Assembly (NCBI RefSeq): GCF_004010195.1
Contig: NC_057749.1
Span: 8,001,901 to 8,065,900 of the forward strand
DNA length: 64,000 nt
Origin: Chiloscyllium plagiosum
Lineage: Eukaryota
Reading direction: 5' to 3'
Below are positions 39,925-52,549 of the stretch, one piece after another (within the stretch, counting starts at the first letter, position 1; each line of letters starts with the position of its first letter). A program made the position numbers and the translations under genes. The notes under the pieces were generated by a model, which had not been told where the DNA came from, ran no database searches, and worked only from the letters and a program-made list of their open reading frames with translations.

Positions 39925-40246
39925 GATTAGATTAGATTAGTTACAGTGTGGAAACAGGCCCTTCGGTCCAACAAGTCCACACCAACCCGTCGAAGCGTAA
40001 CCCATCCAGACCCATTCCCCTACATTTACCCCTTCATCTAACACTACGGGCAATTTAGCATGGCCAATTCACCTAACCTAAACATTTTTGGACTGTGGGA
40101 GGAAACTGGAGCACCCGGAGGAAACCCACGCAGACACGGGGAGAATGTGCAAACTTCACACAGAGAGTCGCCTGAGGCTGGAATTGAACCCGGGTCTCTG
40201 GCACTGTGAGGCAGCAGTGCTAACCACTGTGCCACCGTGCCGCCCA
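39925..40246 (-). mobile_element. HE1-type V-SINE inside a split CR1 (39770-39910 and 40450-40600)
   Basis: Near-consensus copy with (ctaat)n tail. Confidence 0.92.
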
Positions 40247-40249
40247 CAT

Positions 40250-40450
40250 AAGTAGCTGCACAGAGGTCAGTAACCCATCACTAAGTCACCCTTTATTTAC
40301 ACAAGTCCAGTACACTGGCTGTGGCCAGCCAGCTCAGAGTTAGTCCCTGAAGTGAGAAGGTTCTGAATCCCCTGTTTATGTTAGTCAGCCAGGGATCCCT
40401 CAATTGGTCCAGGTTAACCAGGATCTCATAATCAATGAGATCCACACAGT
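40250..40450 (-). mobile_element. Short solo-LTR-like repeat copy
   Basis: aagtcaccctttatttacac...tcagccagggatccct, homologous to 1254-2104. Confidence 0.6.
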
Positions 40451-41734
40451 TCCAATCCAAATGTCTTTTAAATTTTGGAACTGTACCTGCACCTAACTTC
40501 CTCTGTCTGTTCATTTCGCAAATGAACTGGGTAAAAAAGAAATTGCCCCTCATGTCCTTTTTAAAACTTCCCCCCTCACCTTAAAAATATATCCCCTGTT
40601 GAGGGAATATCATGTTAGTAACTTAGATTAACAATAATAAGAAGAACTCGTGGTGATGAATTTACCTGAGACAATCCAAATGATCTCCATACGTCCATAA
40701 GATGATGGTAGTGATGAGATTCATGGTACTTTCTAAAACTGCTCAGTGTTTGACTCAATTGTTCTAACTAACAAAGAGAGTGGTGAAGGGAGAATTAATT
40801 CCCAGCTATAGAAGGGTTAGGAACAAGAGAAGATGGGTTTGAGGTCATGGACAAAAAGCTGAAAAGGCTTGTGAAGGAAAATTCAGTGAGAAGGAATTGG
40901 TTCAACTTTTGATCATTGTAAAGGAAATTTTTGTGGGGCTGTGGGGATGCACATCTCTTTCAAAGTCTGCTGATAACATTACTGTGGGGGCATTGTTCCA
41001 TACAAAGGGTAGTTTCTGTGGTTAAGTTATTGTTGGCACGGGCACATTGTGCTGAATGGGCTCCTTCTACACTATATAATTCCCCATTTCCAGTCATGTT
41101 TCCTGTCTGTGTTTGTCTGCTTTTCCCTTTCTCTCACCCTGAATGTATTACTGCTCTCATACACTTCTAATTCTCCACCGGCCTCCTGCAAATTAGGCTG
41201 AATTAATGTGTTTTCGCCAGCATTTTCTGTTTTTTTTTAACCTTCAATGTTTGGAGCCTTTCTCATTGCTTGTGTACACATGCTAATACACACAACTGTC
41301 CTTAACTGGGACACAAGAAGGGTAGTTGTTAATTGGCCTCCAGTTGATCACCTGCTGATTTCCCTCCCGACTTGCAGCGGTGGAAAAGGCATTTGACCAG
41401 GAGCAGACAAAATTTGAGTCTGAAGAACAGTCTTTCATTCTGCATCCTTTCAGATTTGAATTTGCCTCCCAAGTTTTGCTCAGATTGACAGCTCAAACTG
41501 AACATTGGCTAAACAATAAAAGCCAATCTCCTCTCCACTCCCATCAATCCATCACAGGAGGTAGGGCATGCTGTTATAAGTGGCCACTTTTAAAACTGGC
41601 AAGACATGGTAATAGAAAGTACCTTGGTATCCTTTGGTCTAATCTTAGTTTGGAACTTTTTCCAATCCTATGTGATGCTAATTTGGAGATGATGTCTGGT
41701 CAAAGCAGTGAGCTTAGATTGTATAAGGCAATGG

Positions 41735-42240
41735 GCCTTTTATTTATTCATTCATTCACGGGATGTTGGTGTCACTGGCTAGACCAGCATTTCTTGCCCA
41801 TCCCTAATTGCCCAGAGGGTAGTTAGGAGTCAGCCACATTGCTGTGGGTTTGGAGCCATGTGTAAGCCAGACCAGGTAAGGATGGCAGTTTCCTTCCCTA
41901 AAGGACATTAGTGAACAAGATGAGCTTTTCTGTCAAAATAAAAATCGAACAAACTGCGGACGAAGGAAACCATGAACAAAAATTGCTGAAAAGCTCAGCA
42001 GGTCTGGCAGCATCTGTGCAGAGAAATCAGAGTTAACATTTTGGGTTGAGTGACTTCTTCAGAAGAAACATTTTTCTGACAATTGATAGTGTTTGTGGTC
42101 TTTGTTAGACACGTAATTCCAGATTTTTATTAAATTCAAATTCCACTATCTGCCGTGATAAGATTCTAATTCAGGTCCCTGGGTCGTTGCCTGGGTCTCT
42201 GGATTAACAGTCCCGTGATAAAACCGCTAGGCTGTCACCT
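41735..42240 (-). mobile_element. tRNA/L2-tail SINE with a PLE family B insert (about 41937-42070)
   Basis: Tail tttattcattcattcac; ttttctg(t/a)caa direct repeat flanks the insert. Confidence 0.7.
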
Positions 42241-42334
42241 CCCTTTTGTAGATGCATGCAGGAGCACAAAGTATGTTAGGGTTAACATTGGCAGGGAAGA
42301 CCTGGGACAAGTATTGTTCACAAATGAACTTACA

Positions 42335-42540
42335 AATATTTTCTGATCAATCTGTTCAGCGGTGTTCGAACACGCATCTTTACAGCTGGTGGGACATGAA
42401 CACAGGCCCCTTGGCTCAGAGGTAGGGACACTACCACTGCACCATAGACACACGTGCAAAACTTTTTCTATGTCAACATGTTCAGCGATGTTATTGCAAA
42501 CCTCTGGAGCTGGAGGTCTTGGTCCAAACCTCCTGTGCCC
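42335..42540 (-). mobile_element. Short (~110 bp) tRNA-like SINE, two adjacent copies (others near 830, 2260, 16620, 26810, 63570, 63730)
   Basis: Minus strand tggtgcagtggtagtgtccctacctctgagcc...gttcatgtcccacc, with A/B-box-like motifs. Confidence 0.55.
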
Positions 42541-43062
42541 TGTCTGCAGCTTCTCAGCAAACAGGAAAATTCGGGGTTGGGGGGTGGTGGAGCTGGAGGC
42601 GAGGTGTCAAGAGGTATCTGAGGTGATACAGTTTCTGTTATCCATGCAGGTAAGTCATTATCACCAGGTTAAACGCATGGACACCCTGCCATACCTTCAT
42701 CACATGGATAGAATAGTTGAAGTAAAAGGAGTACTGTAATGTCCACTTTCATTTGTTACTGGATGATGGACTAAAAATGGGAACAGACACTGCTTTAAAC
42801 CAAAGAGGTTTAAAGAGGTATTTGCAGTTTTAAAATCCAGTTCACTGGAGCATTGAGAGTTGTATATAAAATGTTATCGTTCCCTGGAGCAGCAAAGGAG
42901 AAGGCTGACAGAATATTACTGGTTGGTTACCAAGTGAAGGGACAACTGCCTGACAACAACAGTTTAATTGGTTTCTGATTTGATTTCATTTGATTATTGT
43001 CATATGTAATGTGACGTATAGAAAGTATTGTTTTGCGTGCTACTCAGGCAAATCATACTATG

Positions 43063-43140
43063 TACAGAGGAACCTCGATTATCTGAATGAGGTAGGCGGG
43101 TACTATTTTGTTCAGATAATTGATTATTCGGATCATCAAT
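43063..43140 (+). mobile_element. Possible pogo/Tigger-type DNA transposon end
   Basis: TA|CAGAGGAACCTCGATTATC followed by an internal inverted gataat motif; second end not found. Confidence 0.4.
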
Positions 43141-43234
43141 TTTAGCTGAAACAGGGGAAGCCATACTGATCTAACACTGTGCTCTACTGGAGAACTTGTT
43201 TAAGTCCATAATTTTAATGAGTCTTCCATTTAAT

Positions 43235-43682
43235 CTTTGCAGAAAAGATTTACAGGGATGTTCCTGGGGTTGGAGGGTTCGAGTGACAGAAAGAGGCGAA
43301 TAAGCTAGGAGTATTTTCTCTGCAGTATCAGACTCTGAGGTATGACCTTATAGAGGTTTATGAAATTGTGAGGGGCATGGATAGGGTGAATAGTCAAGAT
43401 TTTTTTGCCCAACATCGGGGAGTCAAAAACTAAAAGGGTAGAGGTTTAAGGTGAGAGGGGGAGAAAAAAAGGGACCTAAGGAGCAACTTTTTTCACACAG
43501 AGGGTAGTGAGAATCTAGAACTGCCTGTAAGAGTGGTAGAGGCAGAAATTCTCGTAACATTGAAGGAGTATTTGCATGTGCTAAGGAACACGAGTGGCTA
43601 AGTGCTAAAAAGTGGGATGAGAATAGATAGGTGCTTGTATTTAACCAACCCAGAGTTGATGGGCCTTTCTCTGTGCTGTAAA
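43235..43682 (+). mobile_element. CR1-type LINE 3' fragment
   Basis: cagaaaagatttacagggatgtt...gaccttatagaggttta...ttcacacagagggtagtg. Confidence 0.8.
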
Positions 43683-43989
43683 CTGGTAGGTAAAGGTCCC
43701 AAAGTCCTTCTGGACCATAGTGCCACTCTCTCATTAGACAGAAACAGCTGGTGGTGATTTAACCTGAGGGTCACCATGCCTCAGGTGAGAGGAGGAGAGT
43801 CCTTCATGGTAACACTAGCCAGTGCGGGGATTGAACTCATGCTCTTGGTGCTACCCTGCATTACAAAGCAGTTATGCAGCTAACTGATCTAATCAACCCA
43901 TCCCATAGATTGCTATGTCTCAATGAAGAAACTGTCCATGGCTTTAGTTAACCCATAGCTCAAGTACAGTGGGCAGTTTGGCAAGCCAT

Positions 43990-44790
43990 GCTATAGAAAG
44001 GATGTGATTGCATTGGCAAGGGTGAAGAGCAGATTCACCAGGATGTCGCCTGGGATGGATCATTTTGCCTACGAAGAGAGATTGAATAAGCTGCAATTGT
44101 TCTCCTTCTAGCAGAGAAGGCTGAGAGGGGAACTCTTTGAGATCTACAAGTTCTACGGGACATAGACAGACAGGACAGATGGGGAGAAACTTTTCCCATT
44201 AGTAGAGGAGTCGATAAAGGGGGGAAATGGGTTTAAGATAAGGGGCAGGAGGTTTAGAGGGGATTTATTGGAGTCTGAACTGAAGTGCCTCAGAGGATGG
44301 TTATCACAGAAGTGGAAAAGTACTTAGCTGAACACTTACAAGATCAGATCAGATTCCCTACAGTGTGGAAACTGGCCCTTCAGCCCAACAAGTCCACACC
44401 AACCCTCCGAAGAGTAACCCACCCAGACCTCTGACTAATGCACCTAACACTGTGGGCAATTCAGCATGGGCCAATTCACCTAATCTGCACATCTTTGGAG
44501 TGTGGGAGGAAACTGGAGCACCTGGAGGAAACCCACGCAGACACGGGGAGAATGTGCAAACTCCGCACAGACAGTCGTCCAAGGTTAGAATCAAACCCAG
44601 GTCCCTGGTGCTGTGAGGCAGCAGTGCTAATTACTGAGCCACCATGCCACCCCTGGTGCCTCTTGAGAGAGAAAAAAAAAGTGCACAAGGCAAGAGTTAG
44701 AAAATGGGACTGAAGTAGATAGATGCTTGATGACTGGCACTGCTATGATGGGCTGAAGGGTCTGCTTTTGTGCTTTAATATTTTATTACT
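43990..44790 (+). mobile_element. CR1-type LINE fragment interrupted by an HE1 SINE (44345-44652, minus)
   Basis: agattcaccaggatg...cagagaaggctgagaggg; HE1 reverse complement. Confidence 0.8.
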
Positions 44791-45677
44791 CTAAGTGTTT
44801 GCACCAACGCTGATCAAGCAACAGTACAGAGAATATTCAAAATAGGAAATCAGTTCTAATATTTGAACAATTATATTTAAGGAGTAGAATTAACTAAGTG
44901 ATGTGTGACTTTGCCTTAGTAGACTTGAATAATCTCCTTGCAGGAAGTGAAATGGCTATCTGAGCTTAATAGAGCCTAGAAAGATGTCACCAGTTAGGCA
45001 CTGTCTCAGCAGGTTTCACAGAAGAACTATGAAGTACACAAATTTCAATGCCAAGTCCCAAGCGTTCTGAAAAATTCAGTGATCACAAAATCATACCAAT
45101 CCAGAGGCAATTATGAGCAATTAACAACACTTATTGCAGAGAATAATTGCCTGATGTAGGCAAGTACTAATGATACAGGAAACAAAAATATGTCATCGTT
45201 TTAATTCAGAGTTGAACCCTCCCCTGATGCCCCCACTTCTGCTGAAGGTAGAATTATGTCTATTATCGAAAAACTTACAAACATACTTAAGGCACACCCA
45301 AAAAGCTAGAGTGTCTTTAGGGAATTGACTGAATAATGTCATTTCACCAGGTTTAAGCTTCCAAAGCGAAGTCAGATTTTCAATGTTCCCTGAAGATTGC
45401 AGTTTCAGTGACGAGACTCAGACTGAATGTAACTAGAAGCTTTGTCTTCCAGTTCAAGTGTGTAGACTCTCAGAATTAGCACAGCTAGTGCACAGCAGAT
45501 ATACAAACCACAACCTGAGGCATTGAGATTCCAGTATAGAAACATAAGAATTAAAAGTGGGAGCCCTTTGAGCTGCTCTGCCATTCAACATGATCATGGC
45601 TGCTCATATTTGGCCTCAATTTTGCTTTCCTGCCAGCTCCCCATAGCCCTTCATTCCACTTTTCATTAGAAACGTAC

Positions 45678-45883
45678 TTTAGTGATTAGAATGAGGTTGG
45701 CCAGGGAGATCTTATTGAGTATGAGATCTCGGATTGGGGCTGTTAATCTGGGAGCTCTGGTCAGGGATTGTCCTCACTCTAGGGACTGGCTCTGAGCTGG
45801 CTGGTCAGAGTCCATGTACTGTGCATATGTAAATAAAGGGTGACTTGGTGATGGGATACCAGCCTCCATGGAGTTACTTTGCA
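45678..45883 (+). mobile_element. Short solo-LTR-like repeat inserted in a minus-strand CR1 (45535-46000)
   Basis: tagtgatt...aaataaagggtgacttgg...gagttactttgCA. Confidence 0.6.
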
Positions 45884-47063
45884 TATCTATTTATTTCTTG
45901 ACTCTGCTGATTGATTCTGACTCTGCTGCACTTTGAAGCATTGAATTCCACAGCTCCATAACCCTCTGAGGGAAGTAGTTTCTCCTCATCTCAGTTTCTA
46001 CTCTGTATGATATTCTGTTGCTTATTGACCATCATGAATAACAAATGGAAAATTGTGCAGGACACAATCACTTAAGCTGCCTCAGTCCTTCTGTCTGAGG
46101 CTCTCTCCCAGACCTTTCAAAATCTCTTAAAGGCCCATCTTTATTGCTGATCTTTCAATCACTCTTTCTAATTTCAATCCTTGGACTTAAGCCTAGACTT
46201 TTTGCAAGTGGAGACTTCTCCGTTATCACGAGAATACTGGAGGAAGCTGACATCTGGAAATCACACCTCTGAACATAGCACCTGCCTTTTCTGCAGGGGG
46301 TGAGTGGGTGATAGCACAGGGAATGATGCCATGTCTTACACATATATTTGTGTGGAAGCAATTGTCTCCGCTCATGCGTTTTAAACTTATCAAGTTTAAA
46401 CTTATCAGTCTTGATAGAAACTGTTTAAAACTTTGTTGGGTCCTCAGTTGGACTGGGGTAGGATAGATGTTTTGACATAGTGCAGGGACATCTTGGGAGA
46501 AGTAAGTTGCCTATTGATATTGTGAAAGCTCTGACATGAATATCCATACTATTAACAGTCAGGCCCATTGGAACTGTAAACAGTGCTACCAAAAGGAACT
46601 CTCAAAATTGACACTAGGAATTCTCAATAAAAACAATTAAAAGCAACAATCAAAAGTGTCAAAATAAATTATCAATAAGAACTATTGGAAGCAAAAGTAA
46701 CTATTAGAAGTGACTATCAGAAGAGGCTGCCAAGCTGTCAAAACATTTGAAACTCCTGCACTTTGAAGTCTTGGAGAAAAAACTGTTTTGAATGCTCAAA
46801 CATTTATTTCTTACTATAGGTTGTAAAGTATATTGGAGTATGGTTCTGCTGCTGCTGATGGCCCACAGACCTGATAGATCCTAGTCTTGAGTTTCTAGAT
46901 ATGTTTGAAGTGTTCCCTATTCAAGTGCTTTATCCCTTATTAAAACAGCCATTGGAATCCATAGTGTCATTTTTTAAAAATCTGCATTCACCAGCAGCTG
47001 GCAATCAAACTGTGATAATGGAAGGTTGTGAAATCTGTCTTATAGAACTAATCCAATAATGAT

Positions 47064-47738
47064 TGAAAGTACTCCACAGAGGTTGAGATCCCATTACCAA
47101 GCCACCCTTTACTGACACAGGGTGAGTCCTTGACACTGATCCAGCTCCCTCAGAGCCAGCTCTCAGAGCAAACAAGATGTCTGACACAACTGTTCCTTTT
47201 TTTACAAAATGAAATGCAATTACTGGGAGCCAGAGTAAGAATCATCACTAACAGAATAGACACAACTGTTCTTTTTTAAATTTTATTAAACAGAACAAAT
47301 TACAAACAAGCAGTTAACAATGAACAGCAATTTAAAGGGGAAATGGGCAGCAAAGCCAGACCCCTAAACCCCACCACACTAACAGTTCTCAGGGAAAAGA
47401 GGATGTTCCTTAAATCCTGGACACAGCAGTTCTTATCTGTCAGGTAGGAGAAAGTGAGGACTGCAGATGTTGGAGATCAGAGTCGAGAGTCTGGTGCTGG
47501 AAAAGCATCGCAGGTCAGGCAGCATCTGAGGAGCAAGAAAATCAATGCTTCGGGCATAAGCCCTTCATCATCCTGCTCCTTGGATGCTGCCTGACCTGCT
47601 GTGCTTTTTCAGCATCGCATTCTCAATTCTGTTCTTATCTGTAAGCCAGGGCTCCCCGATTGGTCCCAATTAACAACCTCAATCACAAAACTCAGATCCT
47701 ATGAGGTCCACCTGGCTGACTTCATGACAATTACCACA
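47064..47738 (-). mobile_element. Short solo-LTR-like repeat carrying three insertions, including a PLE family A fold-back (47441-47630)
   Basis: 12-bp TSD gttcttatctgt at 47429-47440 and 47631-47642. Confidence 0.7.
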
Positions 47739-49084
47739 GATTATGTTTGGTCTTATGTCAGCAAGCAATGAATTACTTTAACACTCCAGGCAGTTCTGGA
47801 GTGGACAAGGTGGAGATCATAAGTTGCCACAAGGGCTAAAAGAAAATGCTTATAAAGATGTGTAAAAAGGCATAGATTGGCACAGAGGGAATGGGGCAAT
47901 GATGGGTTGGTTGGGGGATGGATGCTTAATGTAGCATGGATGATACATGGGGAGCTTGTATATGGGGCTTTTGAGGGAATTTAGGGGCTCGAAGACTGTT
48001 TTTTTGTCCTTTTGTTGTAAAACATTGACACAGCATTGAAGCACATCTTATAGAATTTTTCTAGTATTTTCTGTGTAGCTTGAGACCTCATGTAAGTGCT
48101 GCTACAGCACTCCTGACTGCAACTGTCTCTTCATTCTCTAGAATCAGCAACCCAAGCTCAATTTTCATGGGTTGTGCACTTGTATTTTGTCTAATTAACT
48201 AATGTAACATATCTAAGCATCTTGACAAATTTGCAAAAACTATCTGAAAACTCCCTATGAATAGATGACTGCCTTAATTGGGTAATAGCAGTCACAAATT
48301 TCCAACCTTGTTCATCAAATCTATTGCTCGCCTCACACCAACATTGGCAGCACCGTGACCACGAGAACTAGGAGTGGGCAGGAAATTCAGGCTTGCCATT
48401 GCCAACATCACTAAAGGAATGTGCTACAATCAGGTTGTGTCATTAAGAAATACCATAAATATTGGAGTAATAGTTGATCTCACTTAAAGGTCGACCTCCT
48501 ATTTTTGGTCAAATAATCTGGAATTCTCCATGTATCTCATGTAAAAGTCATCCCTAGTTCTTCACAGATAACAGCTCAACGGTTATGAGTTTTCCAATCT
48601 GGCAGTTGTTCAGCTCCACTCCTGGTCTCCCAGACCACTGGCTGTTGCATTCCGGTCTGGGTTTTCAGAGTTATAATAATTCTTTTCTTCCTCTTTATTT
48701 GTTTATAATGATACAATATGAATCTTGATGGGCATGAATTTCAGCCCTTCAGAAATAGTATCCATGTCATAGTCAACCCCATAAATTTAACCTTAAAAAG
48801 TAGTCAAAAGCATTCAACTATTAGTCAAGTATATACGGTATTAACAAGTTGAGGGTTGGTTAGCTCAGTTGGCTGGATGACTGGTCCCTGATATAGAGTG
48901 ATGCCAGCAGCATTGATTCAGTTCCTGCAGCAGCTGATGCTACCATGAAGGATATCCCCTTGCCTGCCATGTGGTGACCCTCATGTTTAACCATCACTGG
49001 TCATCCCTTGTTAATGAGAGAGTAGGATTATGGTGAGACAGGCCAACACTCTGCACTACATGACGATAGTGATTTGCACTTCTA

Positions 49085-49262
49085 AAGGCAGAAATTGCTG
49101 GAAAAACACTGGCACAATCTGTAAAGAGAAACCAGTGTTAACATTTCGGAACCCTTTGAAGAAGGGTCACTCAATTCGAAACATTAAGCGTTTTCTCTCC
49201 ATTAACACTGCAAGACCTGCTGAGATTTTCCAGCAATTTCTGATTTCCAGCAATTGCAGTTT
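49085..49262 (+). mobile_element. PLE family B fold-back
   Basis: cagaaattgctggaaaa...ttttccagcaatttctg inverted arms; tgaagaagggtcac...cgaaacatt. Confidence 0.65.
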
Positions 49263-50397
49263 TTTTAAATACTTCAAAAGTAATTAATTTGCTGTACATT
49301 GTTTTCGATATGCTGACGTCCTGACAGGCACCATAAAAATGCAGTCTTCTCTCTTTTCTCCCCTCTGCAAAAACGTTAATCTGCCATATTCTCACTGAAC
49401 CCATTAATGTTTGAGCTCCTGTTATTCTGAACACTTGTAACAAATAGGGGAGAGAGAAAGTGTGAGCTTTCATAACGTCTGAAAGGGATGGATAGAGGAA
49501 CAAAAGTAGAGGATAGTAAGCAGTTACATTGTTAAACTCCTCTTGTTTTGAATATTTATTCCTCTCCAACATTTGACTAGTGGAACAAATTGCAAGGAAT
49601 AATATTTAGGGCCATGTTTACTAAAAACAATGCCGACAGTATTCCAGTAAAATGAGAGGGTTACAATTGAAAAATCCAGGCTTTGATGTCTGCAATAGCC
49701 AGTTGTGAGGTCAAATGGCTGTGCATTTATCCACGCTTAGAGAAACATGCCTCAGTAAGACAGCCTAACACAGCCCTTAAATATAGCTACTTATCCAACA
49801 TTAGCTTTTCGCAATTCTCAATTAACTCCAGATCAATACTGGAGCACTCTTGTCTGAAGTAACATGTACCAAATGTACACTCCCAGTCAAATCAGAGATG
49901 TAAAATCTTCCTCCTTGAATAACATATTCTCAGTCCATGTTCAATCTGGGCACTAAACAAGCAACAAATTCAAGGGACATCGCAAACAGCTTTCAATCCT
50001 GGTTAGGTCACAGGCTGGAAACAGCAGTGTGCACTTGTACAGAATGATAAGTCATATCTACTCACTGAAATGTACCAAACTGTAGAGCAGCAAGTGATCA
50101 TTTCAAAAGCAGCACAACTGTGGGGTTCACATCATATGGCATAAACTGTCAGAACACAAAGCTGAATTGCTTACATAAGTTATCCAAACCCTATAGTTGT
50201 GTTCCTGCCTTTAGCTCCCTTCCAGCTAGTCATTATGTATTATAATGTATGCACATTTAATTTTTAATGGTATAGGTTTTGGATTTGCACCAATTTAAAA
50301 GTCTCTGTGGTCCTGCATCCATTAACTTATGTGCTACACACAGCTATTGGCATTAGCTCTTGTAAGGAAGCTTGCAGATTACAAAGCAATCCCAGCA

Positions 50398-50631
50398 CAG
50401 TGTCAGAGCAAATTACTGCAGATACTGGAACCTGTACTGAAAATAAAAACCGCTGGAGATCACAGCAGGTCAGGCAGCATCCAAGGAGAGAGAGCAAACT
50501 AACGTATCGAATCTAGTTGACTCTTCATCAGAGCTGAGGGATGAAGACTCATCTAGACTTGAAATGTTAGCTTGCTCTGTCTCCTAGGATGCTGCCTGAT
50601 CCACTGTGATCTCCAAAATTTTTTTTGTTTT
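50398..50631. mobile_element. PLE-like family E fold-back with two opposed hammerhead remnants
   Basis: 11-bp TSD caatcccagca at 50387-50397 and 50632-50642; minus strand gcu-CUGAUGA-a-GAGUC-aacua-GAUUC-GAUA-C-GUU-agu. Confidence 0.75.
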
Positions 50632-50967
50632 CAATCCCAGCATCAGTTCATTTTGACACTGAAGAAGTTAATCCATCAGATTCCCTCGCTCTTCTACAGA
50701 AAGGCAAAATGCTGCATGTACTGGAAATTTGTTTGTCTCTCACTCGCCATTCTTTTACCTATGCTGGGTTGAATTATTATTTCCCCCAATGAGGAACCCT
50801 CAATCCTTGTGGGAATTCAACTCAAGTTGTTGGCATCACTCTGCATTGCAAGCAGCCAACTGACCGAGCAACTGTTAACACAGAAAGAAATGGCCAAATC
50901 TCATTCTATAGAAATGAACCTGAACACTGCTAATATTTTGTAATTGTTGTCTTGTGGAATTGATTGC

Positions 50968-51297
50968 AGGCTCAGTGGTAGCACTGCTGCCTAACAAATT
51001 TGGGACCCGGGTTCAATTCTACCTTCAGACGAGTATCTGTGTACAGTTTGCTCATTCTCCCCACGTCTGTGTGGGTTTCCTCTGGTGCTTGGTTTCATCC
51101 TGCAGTCCAAAGATGTGCATGCTAGTAGGATTGGCTATGTTAGATTGTTCCATAGTGTCCAGGTATGTTCAGGCTAGGTGGATTAGCTGTGGGGAATGCT
51201 AGGTTGCAGGGATAGGGGGAGTGGGTCCGGGTGGGAAGCTCTTCAGAGGGTCAGTGTGGACTCAGTGGGCTGAATGGTCTGCTTTCATACTGTATTC
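50968..51297 (+). mobile_element. HE1-type V-SINE (diverged)
   Basis: ggctcagtggtagcactgctgcct...cagtccaaagatgtgc. Confidence 0.8.
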
Positions 51298-51887
51298 TAT
51301 GATTTCTGATGGTATGTTGGCTACCTCATGAACTCCCTTTGCAGTAGAAATAAAAGGAAGGCAGACTGGGAAAGATAAGAACCGAAATGATGTAAATACC
51401 ATTTTTTTTTCCATTGTCCACTTTGGCTGCGTTACTTGTTTCTATTTGATATATTTTACTGCTGCCTGTTAGTGCAAGGTGATGCATGAGTCAGAGCAGA
51501 TTAGAGGTGACAGCAGTGCTGTGCTTGTAACAGTTTCTCCTTCTGTAGCAGTCTTTTCCAATCGGAGATGGACTGCGAGTCGAATGAATTTGTCAATCTC
51601 CAATGGAGCAATCGTGGTCACAGTGGGGAAAAGGTTATCTTCAGTTTTTCAAGCTGATAATAAATGTTTAGGATGCCTTAAGTGGCCTGTGTTTTATCAG
51701 AGGTTTCAAAATATTGGGCTGAAACAGTGAATTATTATAGTAGCACTGCTGCAATACATCTCTTGTTAAGCTAGCCATCAAAATATTCAACCAACCATTC
51801 AAAAACAAAATAAAGAAGTGCTGGAGTTGGTCATTCTGCCCATCACGCCTGCTGCATGAATTTGCTTTCTCAACTCTACCTTCTCCC

Positions 51888-52412
51888 ATTTATGTGCAAT
51901 TCTGGTCTCCCTGCTATGGGAAAGATGTTGTGAAACTTGAAAGGGTTCAGAAAAAATTTACAAGAATGTTGCCGGGGTTGGAGGATTTGAGTTATGGGGT
52001 CAGGCTGGATACTTTGGGGCTATTTTCCTTGCAGCATCAGAGGCTGAGGGGATGACCTTATAGAGGCTTATCAAATCATGAGGGGCATGGATAGGGTAAA
52101 TAGTCGAAGTCTTTTCCCTGGGATGGGGGAGTCCAAAACTAGAGGGCATAGATTTAAGGTGAGAGTGGAAAGATTTAAAAGGGACCTAAGGGAAAATGTT
52201 TTCATGTAGAGGGAAGTCCGTGTGTGGAATGAGCTGCCAGAGGAAGTGGTGGAGACTGGTACAATTACAACATTTAAAAGGCATCTGGATGTATCCATGA
52301 ATGGGAAGGGTTTAGAGGGACATAGGCCAAAATGTATTTAGGGTATCTGGTTAGCATGGACGAGTTAGTCTAAAGGGGCTGTTTCCATACTGTGCATCTC
52401 TGTGATTTTATG
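51888..52412 (+). mobile_element. HER1/CR1 LINE 3' fragment
   Basis: YVQFWSPCYGKDVVKLERVQKKFTRMLPGLEDLSY. Confidence 0.9.
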
Positions 52413-52549
52413 ACTCCAGTGGCTCCATATCTCTTTGTTCTGAACAATCTGTCATCCTTGGACATACTCAAGGACTGAAAGCGTTGATGCTCTCCAGGAT
52501 ACAGAATTCCAAAGACCCTCAACCTCCAGAGTAAAGACTTTCTTTTTGA

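Noticed and set aside
41380..41826. 148-aa ORF
   Set aside because: Non-ATG start, runs into a SINE tail, no protein-family features
45210..45250. Possible micro-exon (ttttaattcag ... gaag|gtagaa)
   Set aside because: Weak donor and acceptor; no supporting context
46600..46725. Short repeated motif actatYRgaag suggesting an array
   Set aside because: Only three degenerate units with irregular spacing; low-complexity sequence, not CRISPR-like
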